This document shows, one piece after another, positions 6,665 to 15,922 of a DNA stretch of 64,000 bases. Every line of letters starts with the position of its first letter. Positions within the stretch are counted from its first letter, which is position 1. The stretch lies in IMG/VR virus record IMGVR_UViG_3300049021_000095, positions 3,103 through 67,102 of that record, one strand, 5' to 3'. The notes beneath the pieces are model-generated. The model did no database searches, was not told the origin of the DNA, and saw only the letters and a list, made by a program, of their open reading frames with translations. The position numbers and the translations under genes were made by a program. This DNA is from a virus (taxonomy: Duplodnaviria > Caudoviricetes).

Positions 6665-7320
6665 TGCTGCGCTATTTCAACCAGCAATGGGACACGGTCC
6701 CGCTCGTGGTCATCGATACGGAGACGACCGGAATGCACCGAGGCCGCGATCGCGCTGTGCAGGTGGGTCTCGCTCGTTTTGAGAACGGCGCCATGGTCGC
6801 CGCCCGAGCGAGCTTCATCGACCCTGGCTTCCCGATCCCTGCGGACGCGACGGCGATTCACGGCATCACGGACATCGCTGTCGCTGGCATGCCGACAATC
6901 GAGGCGTTTTTCGACGAACCTGAAACGCAAGCCCTGCTGGTTGATGCGCAGCCGGCGGCCTTCAATGCGGAGTTCGACCGCTACTTCGTGCCACCGTTCC
7001 AGCCAGACACGTCGTGGCCCTGGGTCGACCCGCTCGTCTTGGTGAGGAAGGTTGACCGGTACGTGCGCGGCTCAAAGCGGCACCGGCTGACCGCCGCGTG
7101 CGAGCGCTACGGCATCGACTTGAGCAACGCGCACAGCGCCGATGGTGATGCCAAGGCCGCTGGCGAGCTGTTCTTCAAGCTCGGTCGAGAGAAGTTTCCG
7201 AAGGTCTACACGATGGGCCGACTCCTCAGTTGGCAGAGACAGCAAGAGGCCATTGAGTGGGCACGGTTCTCCGCATACATGGCGAGTTTGCCGCCGCGCG
7301 AGGCAGGGGTGCAGTCGTGA
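6661..7320 (+). CDS. DEDDh 3'-5' exonuclease (DnaQ/RNase T superfamily)
   Basis: VVIDTETTG (ExoI), AFNAEFD (ExoII), AHSADGDA (ExoIII). Confidence 0.92.
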   Translation: MMLRYFNQQWDTVPLVVIDTETTGMHRGRDRAVQVGLARFENGAMVAARASFIDPGFPIPADATAIHGITDIAVAGMPTIEAFFDEPETQALLVDAQPAAFNAEFDRYFVPPFQPDTSWPWVDPLVLVRKVDRYVRGSKRHRLTAACERYGIDLSNAHSADGDAKAAGELFFKLGREKFPKVYTMGRLLSWQRQQEAIEWARFSAYMASLPPREAGVQS

Positions 7321-7706
7321 AAGGGCTGGTTTTGCTCGTCGTCGACGACGTCGCCGCTCGGCTCTCTCGCCCCCGACGCTGGACCAAGCAAATGTGGGGC
7401 GGCATCCGGCCGCGCCATGGCGACGAACCGATCATGACCGGTGCTCTCGACGATGCAGCCAATTGCTGGTGCATCTCGGGCGCAATCAGTCGATCGATCA
7501 GCGATCTCGGCGACCGTGGAAAGCTTGGCGGCGCCTCGCTAGCGGAGCTGCGAGATGAGATCGAAGACTTTTTGTGGGCGGTACTCAATAGCGGCGGTGA
7601 GCCCTGCGTTTCGCTCCCGAGTTGGAACGATGCGCCTGGGCGCAAGCACGAGGACGTTGTCGCGCTCCTGGTGGCGGCGTGGTTCGTGGGATCGGAGGCA
7701 GCGTAG
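7317..7706 (+). CDS. phage hypothetical protein
   Basis: CWCISGAI and WNDAPGRKHEDVVALL motifs; GTGA overlap with the upstream stop. Confidence 0.65.
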   Translation: MKGLVLLVVDDVAARLSRPRRWTKQMWGGIRPRHGDEPIMTGALDDAANCWCISGAISRSISDLGDRGKLGGASLAELRDEIEDFLWAVLNSGGEPCVSLPSWNDAPGRKHEDVVALLVAAWFVGSEAA

Positions 7707-8708
7707 ATGGCGCTCCCGATCGGCCTGCATTTCGACATCGACCCGGATGTCTACCACGGTGATCCGGCGCCACGTCTTTCGCTCTCTGCGAGCATCGCAC
7801 ACACGCTGGTCGGCAAGTCGCCTCTGCATGCCTGGCTCCGTCACCCCAAGCTCGGCGGAAAGGGCAAGAAGCCCACGAAGGCCATGGACCTCGGCGCCGT
7901 CGTGCACGCGCTGCTGCTCGGCAAGGGCAAGCAATTCGCGGTGATCACGAACCCGAACGCGGACAAGCTTGACCCGAAGACCAAGGAGCCCGAGGGCGAG
8001 TTCGAGGACTTCAAGAAAAAGGCTGCCAAGGAAGCCCGCGACGCCGCGCGAGCAGAGGGCAAGGTCCCGCTGCTGCTTCACCAGGTCGAAGAGGCCAAGG
8101 CCGTCGCCGACGCCATCGCGGCGAGACTTTGGTCGGAGTTTCGGATCAAGCTCGACGGCCGCAGCGAGGTAGCGGCGATCTGGGAAGAGGACGGCGTCAT
8201 GTGCCGTGGAGCGCTCGACCACTTCAAGGAATCGGAGGCGCACATCCTCGAACTGAAGATCGTCCGGTCTGCGCACCCGAAGGCCTGCCAATCGCATCTC
8301 GTTGGATTCGGCGGCGACATCCAGGCGGCCGCGTACATGAGCGCGATTGCCAAGCTCCGGCCGGCGCTGACTGGACGGGTCAAGTTCACGTTCCTGTTCT
8401 GCGAGGCTGAAGAGCCTCACGCCATCACTCCGGTCATCGTCAGGGGCAGCATGCGCGAGCTCGGCGAGCGCCGCTGGAACCGTGCAAAGCCACTCTGGGC
8501 GGAGTGCGTGCGCACCAACCGCTGGCCCGGATACGTGACGGAGCCGATCGCTGTGGAGGCGCCGGCGTGGGCCATGTTCGCGGAAGAAGACGCCGCATTT
8601 TCAAACTTTGGAGGGCCGCGCGACGAGCCGGAAGGTCCGAGCGACTCGGCGCCCTCGAATGGAGAACACGATGGGTACGGATCAGAAGGAATCGACGGGA
8701 TCTTCTAG
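7707..8708 (+). CDS. RecE/exonuclease VIII-like PD-(D/E)XK nuclease (DUF3799-like)
   Basis: VYHGDPAPRLSLSAS, MDLGAVVHALLL, CRGALD, ELK, IQAAAY motifs; C-terminal WPGY. Confidence 0.85.
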   Translation: MALPIGLHFDIDPDVYHGDPAPRLSLSASIAHTLVGKSPLHAWLRHPKLGGKGKKPTKAMDLGAVVHALLLGKGKQFAVITNPNADKLDPKTKEPEGEFEDFKKKAAKEARDAARAEGKVPLLLHQVEEAKAVADAIAARLWSEFRIKLDGRSEVAAIWEEDGVMCRGALDHFKESEAHILELKIVRSAHPKACQSHLVGFGGDIQAAAYMSAIAKLRPALTGRVKFTFLFCEAEEPHAITPVIVRGSMRELGERRWNRAKPLWAECVRTNRWPGYVTEPIAVEAPAWAMFAEEDAAFSNFGGPRDEPEGPSDSAPSNGEHDGYGSEGIDGIF

Positions 8709-9795
8709 ACGGTTCACGATCGAGAACGCGGAGCGCACCACGCTGCCGCTGTTTCTCGGGCTAGTTGGACCATCGAACACGGGCAAGACCTACTCGGCGC
8801 TGCGGCTGGCGACGGGTATTCAGAAGGTGACAGGTGGGAAGATCATCGGCATCGACACCGAGTCGAAGCGGATGCGGCACTACGCGCCGCTACCAGGCCA
8901 GAAGCCGGACCCACTCAATGGCAAGTTCGACTTCAAGCACATGGAGTTCCGGGCGCCGTTCGATTCTCTCGACTACCTAGCCGCCATCGAGCAGGCCGTC
9001 GCTGCAGGCGCAAAGGTCGTGATCGTGGACAGCATGAGCCATGAACACGAGGGCCCAGGTGGCGTGCTGGAGCAGCACCAGGCAGAGACGCAGCGCCTCG
9101 CCAAGCTTTGGAAGGTGCCCGAGAGCAAGGCACAGATGTCCGCATGGGGTCCAGCGAAGGCCAAGCGCCGTCGCCTGATCAACACGCTGATGCAGATGCA
9201 GGTTCACGCGATCTTCTGCTTTCGTGCGAAGAAGAAGCTCAAGATCGTCAAGGGCCAGGACCCAGTCGAACGTGGCTTTCAGCCTATCGCCGGCGAGGAA
9301 TTCATCTACGAGATGATGCTCAAGTTCCTGTTGCTGCCAGGCGCGCGCGGCGTTCCGACGTGGGATCCACAGCACGAGGACGAGCGCGACATGGTGAAGA
9401 TTCCGGGACAGTTCGAGTACCTGTTCCGGGATAGCTCGCCGCTCAGCGAGGACATCGGCGAGGCGCTTGCTCAATGGGCAGCTGGCGGCGATGGAGCGGG
9501 ACTCTACGCGCAGATCGCAGCATCGATCTCGGTAGCCAAGACCATCGAGCAACTGCGCGACGTGTGGCCACGTCTCGAGGATGTGAAGAAAAAGAAGTCT
9601 TTACCGCCGTCCTCATACACGGCGCTCAAAGAAGCCCTGGAGACGCGCAAGAAGGCAATCGAGTCAGGCGCGGCGGATGTCACAACTGCAGACGACGGCA
9701 CTGTGCCACCCGACCAAGAGCCACCGATAAGCGAGCGCGAGCGCGAACCCGGCGACGACGACGAGCCGAGCGACGGGGAGGCCGCCGCCCAGTGA
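8671..9795 (+). CDS. Sak4-like AAA ATPase (phage recombinase)
   Basis: Walker A GPSNTGKT, IIGIDTE, Walker B VVIVDSMSHEHEG; GGAGAA before the ATG at 8671. Confidence 0.85.
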   Translation: MGTDQKESTGSSRRFTIENAERTTLPLFLGLVGPSNTGKTYSALRLATGIQKVTGGKIIGIDTESKRMRHYAPLPGQKPDPLNGKFDFKHMEFRAPFDSLDYLAAIEQAVAAGAKVVIVDSMSHEHEGPGGVLEQHQAETQRLAKLWKVPESKAQMSAWGPAKAKRRRLINTLMQMQVHAIFCFRAKKKLKIVKGQDPVERGFQPIAGEEFIYEMMLKFLLLPGARGVPTWDPQHEDERDMVKIPGQFEYLFRDSSPLSEDIGEALAQWAAGGDGAGLYAQIAASISVAKTIEQLRDVWPRLEDVKKKKSLPPSSYTALKEALETRKKAIESGAADVTTADDGTVPPDQEPPISEREREPGDDDEPSDGEAAAQ

Positions 9796-9800
9796 TCCAC

Positions 9801-9937
9801 CACCCCGCCACCACTTCGGAACAGAAGCGGAGAGGTGGCGGGGTGCCAGGACTTCTGGTCCGACCTTTAACGGTCGGGTTCAGAAGAGGGCGAGCGAGCT
9901 GGCGTGTCCCCCGCTGGTTCGCAGGCCCCCTTCTGAA
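9801..9937 (+). other. highly structured intergenic element
   Basis: 12-bp perfect stem 9801-9812/9834-9845, followed by two mutually exclusive hairpins sharing CAGAAG (9881-9886). Confidence 0.45.
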
Positions 9938-9952
9938 TTTCGGAGACCTAGC

Positions 9953-10570
9953 ATGATCATCCACAACCTATTTCTCGGCACCTACCCAGCCAGCGCGACC
10001 GTTCGCGTCGTGCGCGCTGATCTCGGTGCGACTTACGGCAAAGAATGGCAGACCAGGAACGTCACGCGCTGGATCGACAACGACTACCGCTACCATCGCG
10101 AGGATCGGACGCCCTGCTTGGCCATCGACGCCAAGCTCTGGGACTTACTCGATAGCGGTCTCGGCTTTCTGGAGGGGGCATTCCATTGCCGAGATTGCGG
10201 CGCGGTCGAGCGCAACCGTTGGCTTGAGCACGTGCGGGCACACCTGCTTTCGGTGCGCCTGTGTCACGACTGCAACTACTGGCAGGAGCGGCTTGATGGG
10301 CTCGCCGGCGGTCGCGTCGCCATCATTGATGCGCGCGCCTACTTCATCGACGAGGACAAGCCTGCGGGTTACCAGGGCTTTCTCGGCTTCGGGGGCTCGC
10401 GCCACGATATTGCGTTTAAGGACGGGCGCACCGTCACCACCAAAAACCTCTGGTTCAACGGCGACGTGCCCGAGCACTGGCGAGCGCGCCTGCCCGATAA
10501 CGCGCGCTTCGTGAAGCGGGACAAGCAACCGCAGCCTGGACACGATCGCTTCACGGGAGACGGACCATGA
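9953..10570 (+). CDS. conserved phage hypothetical protein with CxxC pairs
   Basis: CRDC and CHDC; GFLGFGG..F.DGRTVTTKNLWFNGDVP motif; GGAGA ribosome-binding site. Confidence 0.75.
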   Translation: MIIHNLFLGTYPASATVRVVRADLGATYGKEWQTRNVTRWIDNDYRYHREDRTPCLAIDAKLWDLLDSGLGFLEGAFHCRDCGAVERNRWLEHVRAHLLSVRLCHDCNYWQERLDGLAGGRVAIIDARAYFIDEDKPAGYQGFLGFGGSRHDIAFKDGRTVTTKNLWFNGDVPEHWRARLPDNARFVKRDKQPQPGHDRFTGDGP

Positions 10571-10911
10571 CCCCCACCACCCGAATCTTCACCACCCTCC
10601 TTGAAACGGTCGCGCGCGCACACGATCTCGACACCGAAGCTCTAACGACGGAGGCGCAGTGGCCACCAGCGCCCATCCGCGAAGCCCGCGCCATCGCTTG
10701 CTTGGTCGCCGTCGACACGCTCGGGCTATCGCTCCGCCAGGTCGCTCGCCTCATGCAGCGAGACCCCAAGGCGATCCAACGCTCCGTGGCCGTGCTTCGG
10801 GAGCGGCTCGCAGCCCAGCCTGTCCTGCAACACGTGGTCAAGCAGGTGTCGGCGGAGATCAAGGCGCAGATCCGTGACTTGGATGTTTTCGAACGAGGAG
10901 CCGCCGAATGA
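10567..10911 (+). CDS. DnaA C-terminal (domain IV)-like HTH protein
   Basis: AR.IAC.VA...LGLSLRQVARLMQRD...I..SV pattern of DnaA domain IV. Confidence 0.65.
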   Translation: MTPTTRIFTTLLETVARAHDLDTEALTTEAQWPPAPIREARAIACLVAVDTLGLSLRQVARLMQRDPKAIQRSVAVLRERLAAQPVLQHVVKQVSAEIKAQIRDLDVFERGAAE

Positions 10912-11243
10912 CGCAAGCCAGCGCCCGCCGTTACCCCACTGACCCCGACCCATCCCAGGTTGAGCGCTCCAACTGGGCCGAGATGTGCCGCGAGCAATTC
11001 GACCTGCCGCCGACTTATCTGGCGATGCTGGTAATGATCGCCGCCTACGAGGACGCGACTGGGCAGCCGATGCCGGTCGCGGAGATGCGCCGCGTTGCTC
11101 CGGGGCTCACGGGCATCTACCGGATCGACTACTGCGACGGGCCGAGCGCGTTGTTTCGGCTCGGGCTGGCTAATCGGGTTGGGCGGCAGATCGAGAGGGC
11201 GTATTCCATGACGGCGAAAGGGCGGAGGAGGTTGGTGAGATAA
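10908..11243 (+). CDS. winged-helix-like hypothetical protein
   Basis: LFRLGLA...YSMTAKGR, a wHTH wing motif. Confidence 0.5.
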   Translation: MTQASARRYPTDPDPSQVERSNWAEMCREQFDLPPTYLAMLVMIAAYEDATGQPMPVAEMRRVAPGLTGIYRIDYCDGPSALFRLGLANRVGRQIERAYSMTAKGRRRLVR

Positions 11244-11776
11244 TGGAGCCGCAACAAAAGCCCGGCAAGTCCAAACAGGACTACGGCACGCCGCCAGAAT
11301 TCCTGGCCGCCATCGCTCGCCAGTTCGGCCCCATCGATCTAGACCTTGCGTGCCGGACCGACAACATGGTCGCGCCCTACGGCATCGCCGAAAATCAAGG
11401 CCTGGATGCGCTCTCCGTGGACTGGGCGAATCCCATGTACTGGTCGAAGTCCGACAACGTCGTCGTCTCCGGCGACCACATCCGTGTCGCCTTCTGTAAC
11501 CCGCCGTTCGGAAACATCCGACCTTGGGCAGCAAAGGTCGAGTCATGCCGCTGGCTATCTCGCTGGACGCTGCTGTTGGTCCCTGCTTCGATGGGCTCGC
11601 AGTGGTGGGCAGACCACGTGCTCGGGAAGACGATGGCTTACGGCGTGCCACGCATGGCCTTCTGTGGCGACGACGGCCATCCGCTCGACTTGTACCCAAA
11701 GGACTTAGCGCTCGTGGCTGCAGGCTACGGCGTTGCGGGTACGGGGTACTGGGACTGGCGAAAGGTGGCAGCGTGA
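11243..11776 (+). CDS. phage DNA N6-adenine methyltransferase (Dam-like)
   Basis: DYGTPPEF, IDLDLAC and catalytic FCNPPF motifs; LLVPAS...WW. Confidence 0.85.
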   Translation: MEPQQKPGKSKQDYGTPPEFLAAIARQFGPIDLDLACRTDNMVAPYGIAENQGLDALSVDWANPMYWSKSDNVVVSGDHIRVAFCNPPFGNIRPWAAKVESCRWLSRWTLLLVPASMGSQWWADHVLGKTMAYGVPRMAFCGDDGHPLDLYPKDLALVAAGYGVAGTGYWDWRKVAA

Positions 11777-12024
11777 AGATCGTCGCCTCCCGTTGCCACG
11801 CATGCGGTGCCACCTGTTTGGGTGCCGCTCGACGCAACCACTGTTACCCCTACCGTCTGCTTGACCGCGTCGATGTCTATCTCGCTGCCAGCGGCACGCT
11901 GCGACGCGCGATCGCCTACAAACCACACAAGTGCCGCACGGAGGGCGAACAAGCGTTGCGCAATCAGTTGTCGGCGAACCTTCGGGAGCTTGCGACTCAG
12001 GTGAAGGAAGGGAGCGGAACATGA
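11773..12024 (+). CDS. small hypothetical protein
   Basis: GTGA and ATGA overlaps; CHAC. Confidence 0.45.
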   Translation: MKIVASRCHACGATCLGAARRNHCYPYRLLDRVDVYLAASGTLRRAIAYKPHKCRTEGEQALRNQLSANLRELATQVKEGSGT

Positions 12025-12236
12025 AGCGCTGTGCCATCTTCTGGGAAGGCCAAGGCTGGTGGCTCTGCGAGCTCCCGGCCGCAGGCAAGCATTCGCAAGG
12101 CCCGCACGACTCACTCGATCGCGTCATCCGTGCGGCGCACGCCGCAGGCTTCGAGATCGACCGCGTGCAAGCGACGCGCGGTCAGCTGCCGGGGCCGGCG
12201 AGAACGGAAGGTGTTGATGGCCACCAAAGCGCGTAA
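12021..12236 (+). CDS. small hypothetical protein
   Basis: GGGAG upstream; ATGA overlap. Confidence 0.45.
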   Translation: MKRCAIFWEGQGWWLCELPAAGKHSQGPHDSLDRVIRAAHAAGFEIDRVQATRGQLPGPARTEGVDGHQSA

Positions 12237-12351
12237 CCCCACCCCCTGGCGCATCCCCCGATGCCGCAAGTGCGGGGTCCACGTTGGCGGGCTGGAGTGG
12301 CTGTGTCGGGTCTGTGAGGCGGAACAGGAGGAGAGCGAAGATGATGAGTGA
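12217..12351 (+). CDS. small zinc-ribbon peptide
   Basis: CRKC...CRVC. Confidence 0.4.
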   Translation: MATKARNPTPWRIPRCRKCGVHVGGLEWLCRVCEAEQEESEDDE

Positions 12352-12841
12352 AGCGAAGTTCAAGGTCGGTGACCGGGTTCGAGTTGTGGGGCTGCCGAGT
12401 TCGGACTGGTCGATGAGGATTGGTCAGGAATTCGTCGTTAGCCTCCTCGACTACCGAGGCGCTCATATGACAGTGACGTACGGGACGCACTTCATCCCGC
12501 TGGACTGCATCGAGCTGGCCGAGCCGGCGACGGAGGCGAAGGCGCCGGAGCCTGTGCGTATGCCCATCGCGCAAAGGATTGCAGCAAGGCGAGCTGAGAA
12601 AACCAAGCCCGCCGTCAAGGTCGACCCATACGAGCAGCACCGGAACGCGCTGAAGGTGAAGTTCCATGTAACTAGCGAAAGCGACGCCTCGCTTGAGGCA
12701 AACATCGCGCGCCGCTCTGCTCACGACGATGCTGTCACCGGCCGCCGCGCCCGCCTCATCGCCGCCCTAGCCCAAGAGCTTCGCCGCCCCGCGCCGGTGA
12801 GGTTCCCGCACCCGGGGCGTAACTTCGAGCTGAAGGACTGA
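12341..12841 (+). CDS. hypothetical protein with N-terminal KOW/SH3-like motif
   Basis: KFKVGDRVRVV; strong GGAGGAG ribosome-binding site. Confidence 0.6.
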   Translation: MMSEAKFKVGDRVRVVGLPSSDWSMRIGQEFVVSLLDYRGAHMTVTYGTHFIPLDCIELAEPATEAKAPEPVRMPIAQRIAARRAEKTKPAVKVDPYEQHRNALKVKFHVTSESDASLEANIARRSAHDDAVTGRRARLIAALAQELRRPAPVRFPHPGRNFELKD

Positions 12842-12845
12842 AGTG

Positions 12846-13673
12846 ATGGCGAACGAAGCGAAACCACGAGAGCTGTGGGTTCTTGAATCGCGCCCATCGA
12901 TGCAACTGCCGCGGTCGATACACGCCACCAAGCGCGCAGCCGAAGAGTGCGCTTACCCCGACGAGGAGCCGGTCCGCTACATCCCAGCTCCGCCCACCAA
13001 GCCCGAGGTGGTCGACGGGGAGGTGACACCCGAGCAGCGCGGCGCGGCGGCGGTCATCATCGACGAGCTGGAGCGAATAGCCGACGCCGGGGCTGTCTGG
13101 AGCCAGGTTCAGGAGCAACTCGCCGAAGCGCTTCGAGATGCCGAAGCCCGCGGTTTCGCAGCTGGCCGCGCATCGGTGACTGCGGTGGATGGTGACGAAT
13201 ACGCGAGCCCTTCCGTGTGGGCCGAGCTTCGCGGACTCTACGAGATTGCCAAGAAAGCTTGGGCTGTCCGCACCTGCGAAAGCCCAGATGCGCCAGGCGA
13301 GCTGGACGAGGCGCTCGACTTCTATGCGAACGTCGCGCACCCTGCGCACCTAGCCCGCATCGTGAAGCCGGTGCCGTACCCGGCTGGCCGCGCATCGGTG
13401 ACGGCGAAGGCTGAGGGGTGGAAGTCGCTTACCGGGCCATGCGGCGTCATCAACGTTGACGAGGCGCAGACGTGCTTGTTTGCCATCCAGGTCAGCACCA
13501 ACGGTGCGCCCTTGCGGTGGGAGTACTTCGTCGATGCTGTGGTCTGGGATGCTGAGACCGACCCGGACTGGAGCGACGGCGACCACGGCTGGAGTCTTGA
13601 CGACGGTATCTGGTTCAAGCCTATCGGAGCCCCTCCCGCCCCAGCCGACACCGAACTGAAGGGGGAGACGTGA
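12846..13673 (+). CDS. mosaic hypothetical protein
   Basis: about 275 aa; internal 20-bp direct repeat encoding AGRASVT twice. Confidence 0.65.
   Translation: MANEAKPRELWVLESRPSMQLPRSIHATKRAAEECAYPDEEPVRYIPAPPTKPEVVDGEVTPEQRGAAAVIIDELERIADAGAVWSQVQEQLAEALRDAEARGFAAGRASVTAVDGDEYASPSVWAELRGLYEIAKKAWAVRTCESPDAPGELDEALDFYANVAHPAHLARIVKPVPYPAGRASVTAKAEGWKSLTGPCGVINVDEAQTCLFAIQVSTNGAPLRWEYFVDAVVWDAETDPDWSDGDHGWSLDDGIWFKPIGAPPAPADTELKGET
13161..13402 (+). repeat. 20-bp exact direct repeat pair
   Basis: GCTGGCCGCGCATCGGTGAC at 13161-13180 and 13383-13402, 222 bp apart and in frame. Confidence 0.9.
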
Positions 13674-13894
13674 GCGACCCGTGCAAGCGCTGCGGTGGCC
13701 TCGACGACCACAGCCACGACCTGACCGACTGCTGCGCGAGGCTAATCGTGCGAGCGCGCGAGGCGGAGCGAGAGCGAGACTGGTTTGCTGGCTGGCTACT
13801 GCGACACAAGTACTCGCTGCCGCAGGGCCACAGGGACGAGGCCTTGCGACGCGCCGAGAGCCGCCTACCCAAGCCCGCAAAGGGCCCACGCTGA
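13670..13894 (+). CDS. small hypothetical protein
   Basis: coupled overlaps; CKRC. Confidence 0.5.
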   Translation: MSDPCKRCGGLDDHSHDLTDCCARLIVRAREAERERDWFAGWLLRHKYSLPQGHRDEALRRAESRLPKPAKGPR

Positions 13895-14217
13895 TGCCGA
13901 CACGTCGGCCCGAAACGCGACGCAAGATTCCGAACTACTTCGGCGACTACCACGAGCTTCGGCTTGATGGCGTCAACGGCTGGTCAGTCGGCTTCTATTG
14001 CCCGCAGTTGAAGCGCTGGGACTGGGAGCGCCTGCAATCTGATTACCGGGTCGGCAAGAAGCTGGAGGCGGCAGTCAAGGTCGCCGCGGTGAAGCTGATG
14101 CGAGAGAGCGCCACGAGGCAGGAGACGGAGCTAGCGAAGGCTCTGCAAAAGGTGCAGCAGCTGCGCCGTCAGGCGGACGGTATCGAGTCCGGGCGACTCG
14201 ACTGGAGCGCGCTCTGA
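13894..14217 (+). CDS. hypothetical protein
   Basis: TGATG overlaps at both ends. Confidence 0.55.
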   Translation: MPTRRPETRRKIPNYFGDYHELRLDGVNGWSVGFYCPQLKRWDWERLQSDYRVGKKLEAAVKVAAVKLMRESATRQETELAKALQKVQQLRRQADGIESGRLDWSAL

Positions 14218-14408
14218 TGCCGACACGGACGCCATTCATTGCCGATGAACGAACGCTGAAGTGGTGCGTTCGGCAGGTGCGCCAGCATGCTCGCGATGAG
14301 GACGGTATGCACTTCTTCGCGCTCCAGCGCGCCGCGGATCAGTTGCTCGACCGGGCACCGCGCCTCACCAAGCAGCCCCGAAAGCCCACCAAGACGAGGA
14401 AGCGATGA
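14217..14408 (+). CDS. small hypothetical protein
   Basis: coupled overlaps. Confidence 0.5.
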   Translation: MPTRTPFIADERTLKWCVRQVRQHARDEDGMHFFALQRAADQLLDRAPRLTKQPRKPTKTRKR

Positions 14409-14674
14409 AAACTCCTTACATCCTAGGTGTGCCAATGCGACGAGTCCGCCCGCTGCGCTTCAACACCTGGACTTGGGCGCCTCGGCCGCGCTGCTCCAGA
14501 CACCTGAGCGTCAACATCTTCCCGATGCTTGGCCAGCTCAAGCTGCGGATCTGGATGCTGGGCGAACCGGTGTGCCTAATCGAGCGCGACGTTGCCTCGG
14601 TTGAGGAAGGCGCGCGCTGGGCCGACAAGAAACTCCGTGGGCTGCTGAAGGCACTGGGGGTCGTGGAGTCATGA
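14405..14674 (+). CDS. hypothetical protein
   Basis: ATGA overlaps. Confidence 0.5.
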   Translation: MKTPYILGVPMRRVRPLRFNTWTWAPRPRCSRHLSVNIFPMLGQLKLRIWMLGEPVCLIERDVASVEEGARWADKKLRGLLKALGVVES

Positions 14675-15420
14675 CCTCAACCAAACCAAGCGAGCCCTCC
14701 GACGAGGGGAAGGGTGGGCCTATCGACTGCCAGCGCGGCAGGCTCCGAGTTCAGCTGCGAAGCGGGTCCTGCTATTGGCCTCACGACGACGCAACGGTTG
14801 CCGACATCATCGGTGCCGGCTTTGTGCCCGTCGATAAGCATGACCGCGTCGCCGAGGAGCTGAAGGGCCAGCTCACCGAAGCGCAAGCCGAGCTCGAACG
14901 GGCACGCCAGCTCGTTTCTGAGTGGGCCGACGTTGCCAACTGGCTCAAGAGTTGCGGCTGGCACCTGCCGAGTTTCGTGCTCTCACGCATCGGAAACTTG
15001 GAAGCTCACATCAAGGGAGAGCCAGCAACCCCACCCTCGCCACCCGCAGCCGTCGAGGCAAAGCCGGAGCCACACATCCAAACCTCACCGTTCCGGCAGG
15101 TGGCGGAGGCGTCGGAGGTGGACCCGTTCGATGGGCGCCACCAGCTCGCCAGGAATTGTGAGTGCATTAAATGCTGGGGCAAGTGCAACTGCGGGCGTGA
15201 AAGGACCTCCGTTCACGAGCCGCCGTGCCCTGTCGCTGGCCCGTGTCCGGGCTCGGAGCCATCATCCCCAGCTCAGGAGCAACCCGCCGGCCCCAACATC
15301 GTCGACACCGTCAACGGCTACCTAAAGCGCGCAGCCCTGGAGCCGCACGAGCCGGCGCTGGACTACGTGATTGATGCCGTGCTGGAACTGGCCGCAGCGG
15401 TGCAGGAGAGGCGCCAGTGA
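14671..15420 (+). CDS. hypothetical protein (coiled coil, Pro linker, Cys cluster)
   Basis: 249 aa; ATGA overlap. Confidence 0.6.
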   Translation: MTSTKPSEPSDEGKGGPIDCQRGRLRVQLRSGSCYWPHDDATVADIIGAGFVPVDKHDRVAEELKGQLTEAQAELERARQLVSEWADVANWLKSCGWHLPSFVLSRIGNLEAHIKGEPATPPSPPAAVEAKPEPHIQTSPFRQVAEASEVDPFDGRHQLARNCECIKCWGKCNCGRERTSVHEPPCPVAGPCPGSEPSSPAQEQPAGPNIVDTVNGYLKRAALEPHEPALDYVIDAVLELAAAVQERRQ

Positions 15421-15608
15421 GCAAGCCCAAGAAGCCAACCAAGGCCCAGCTGCTCTACGCCGCACAGGCTGTCTTTGAGGCCCGCGTCATCGTCGAGCGG
15501 CACCTACAGCAGCCTGAAGGGAGTCTCGATGCCAAGCTTCGGGAATTGGAGATGAGCTACTACAGGCACGCTGATGCGGAAAGGCGAGGCGGCAATGAGC
15601 GAGGGTGA
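15417..15608 (+). CDS. small hypothetical protein
   Basis: GGAGAGG ribosome-binding site; GTGA overlap. Confidence 0.5.
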   Translation: MSKPKKPTKAQLLYAAQAVFEARVIVERHLQQPEGSLDAKLRELEMSYYRHADAERRGGNERG

Positions 15609-15906
15609 GAGATGTCCACCCGGTCTCTGCGCCATGGCCAGCGGCGGCGAATGCCTGAGGCAAACCATCGCCTCCCTCGAATCCGCCCTTGCCGCAGCCC
15701 AGCTCGAGAACGAGGCGCTGAGTCGGGTCATGGCGGCGGCGCAACCCATCGTGAAGTGGATCGCCGACAACTACGGCGAGAGCGTTTGCGATGAGCTGGA
15801 CCACTGGGACTTGGCCATCGCTGGACTCGACGCCCTCCGCTCCGGGAAGCCCCGGGAGGAAGCGGCGGAATCAGAGCCGGAAAAGCCGGCGACTACTTCA
15901 CAGTGA
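15595..15906 (+). CDS. hypothetical coiled-coil protein
   Basis: GAGG ribosome-binding site; operon packing. Confidence 0.5.
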   Translation: MSEGERCPPGLCAMASGGECLRQTIASLESALAAAQLENEALSRVMAAAQPIVKWIADNYGESVCDELDHWDLAIAGLDALRSGKPREEAAESEPEKPATTSQ

Positions 15907-15922
15907 CAGAAGCGAGCGACAT

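Noticed and set aside
10551-11837. 428 aa minus-strand ORF
   Set aside because: Arg/Pro-rich shadow frame over coupled plus-strand genes.
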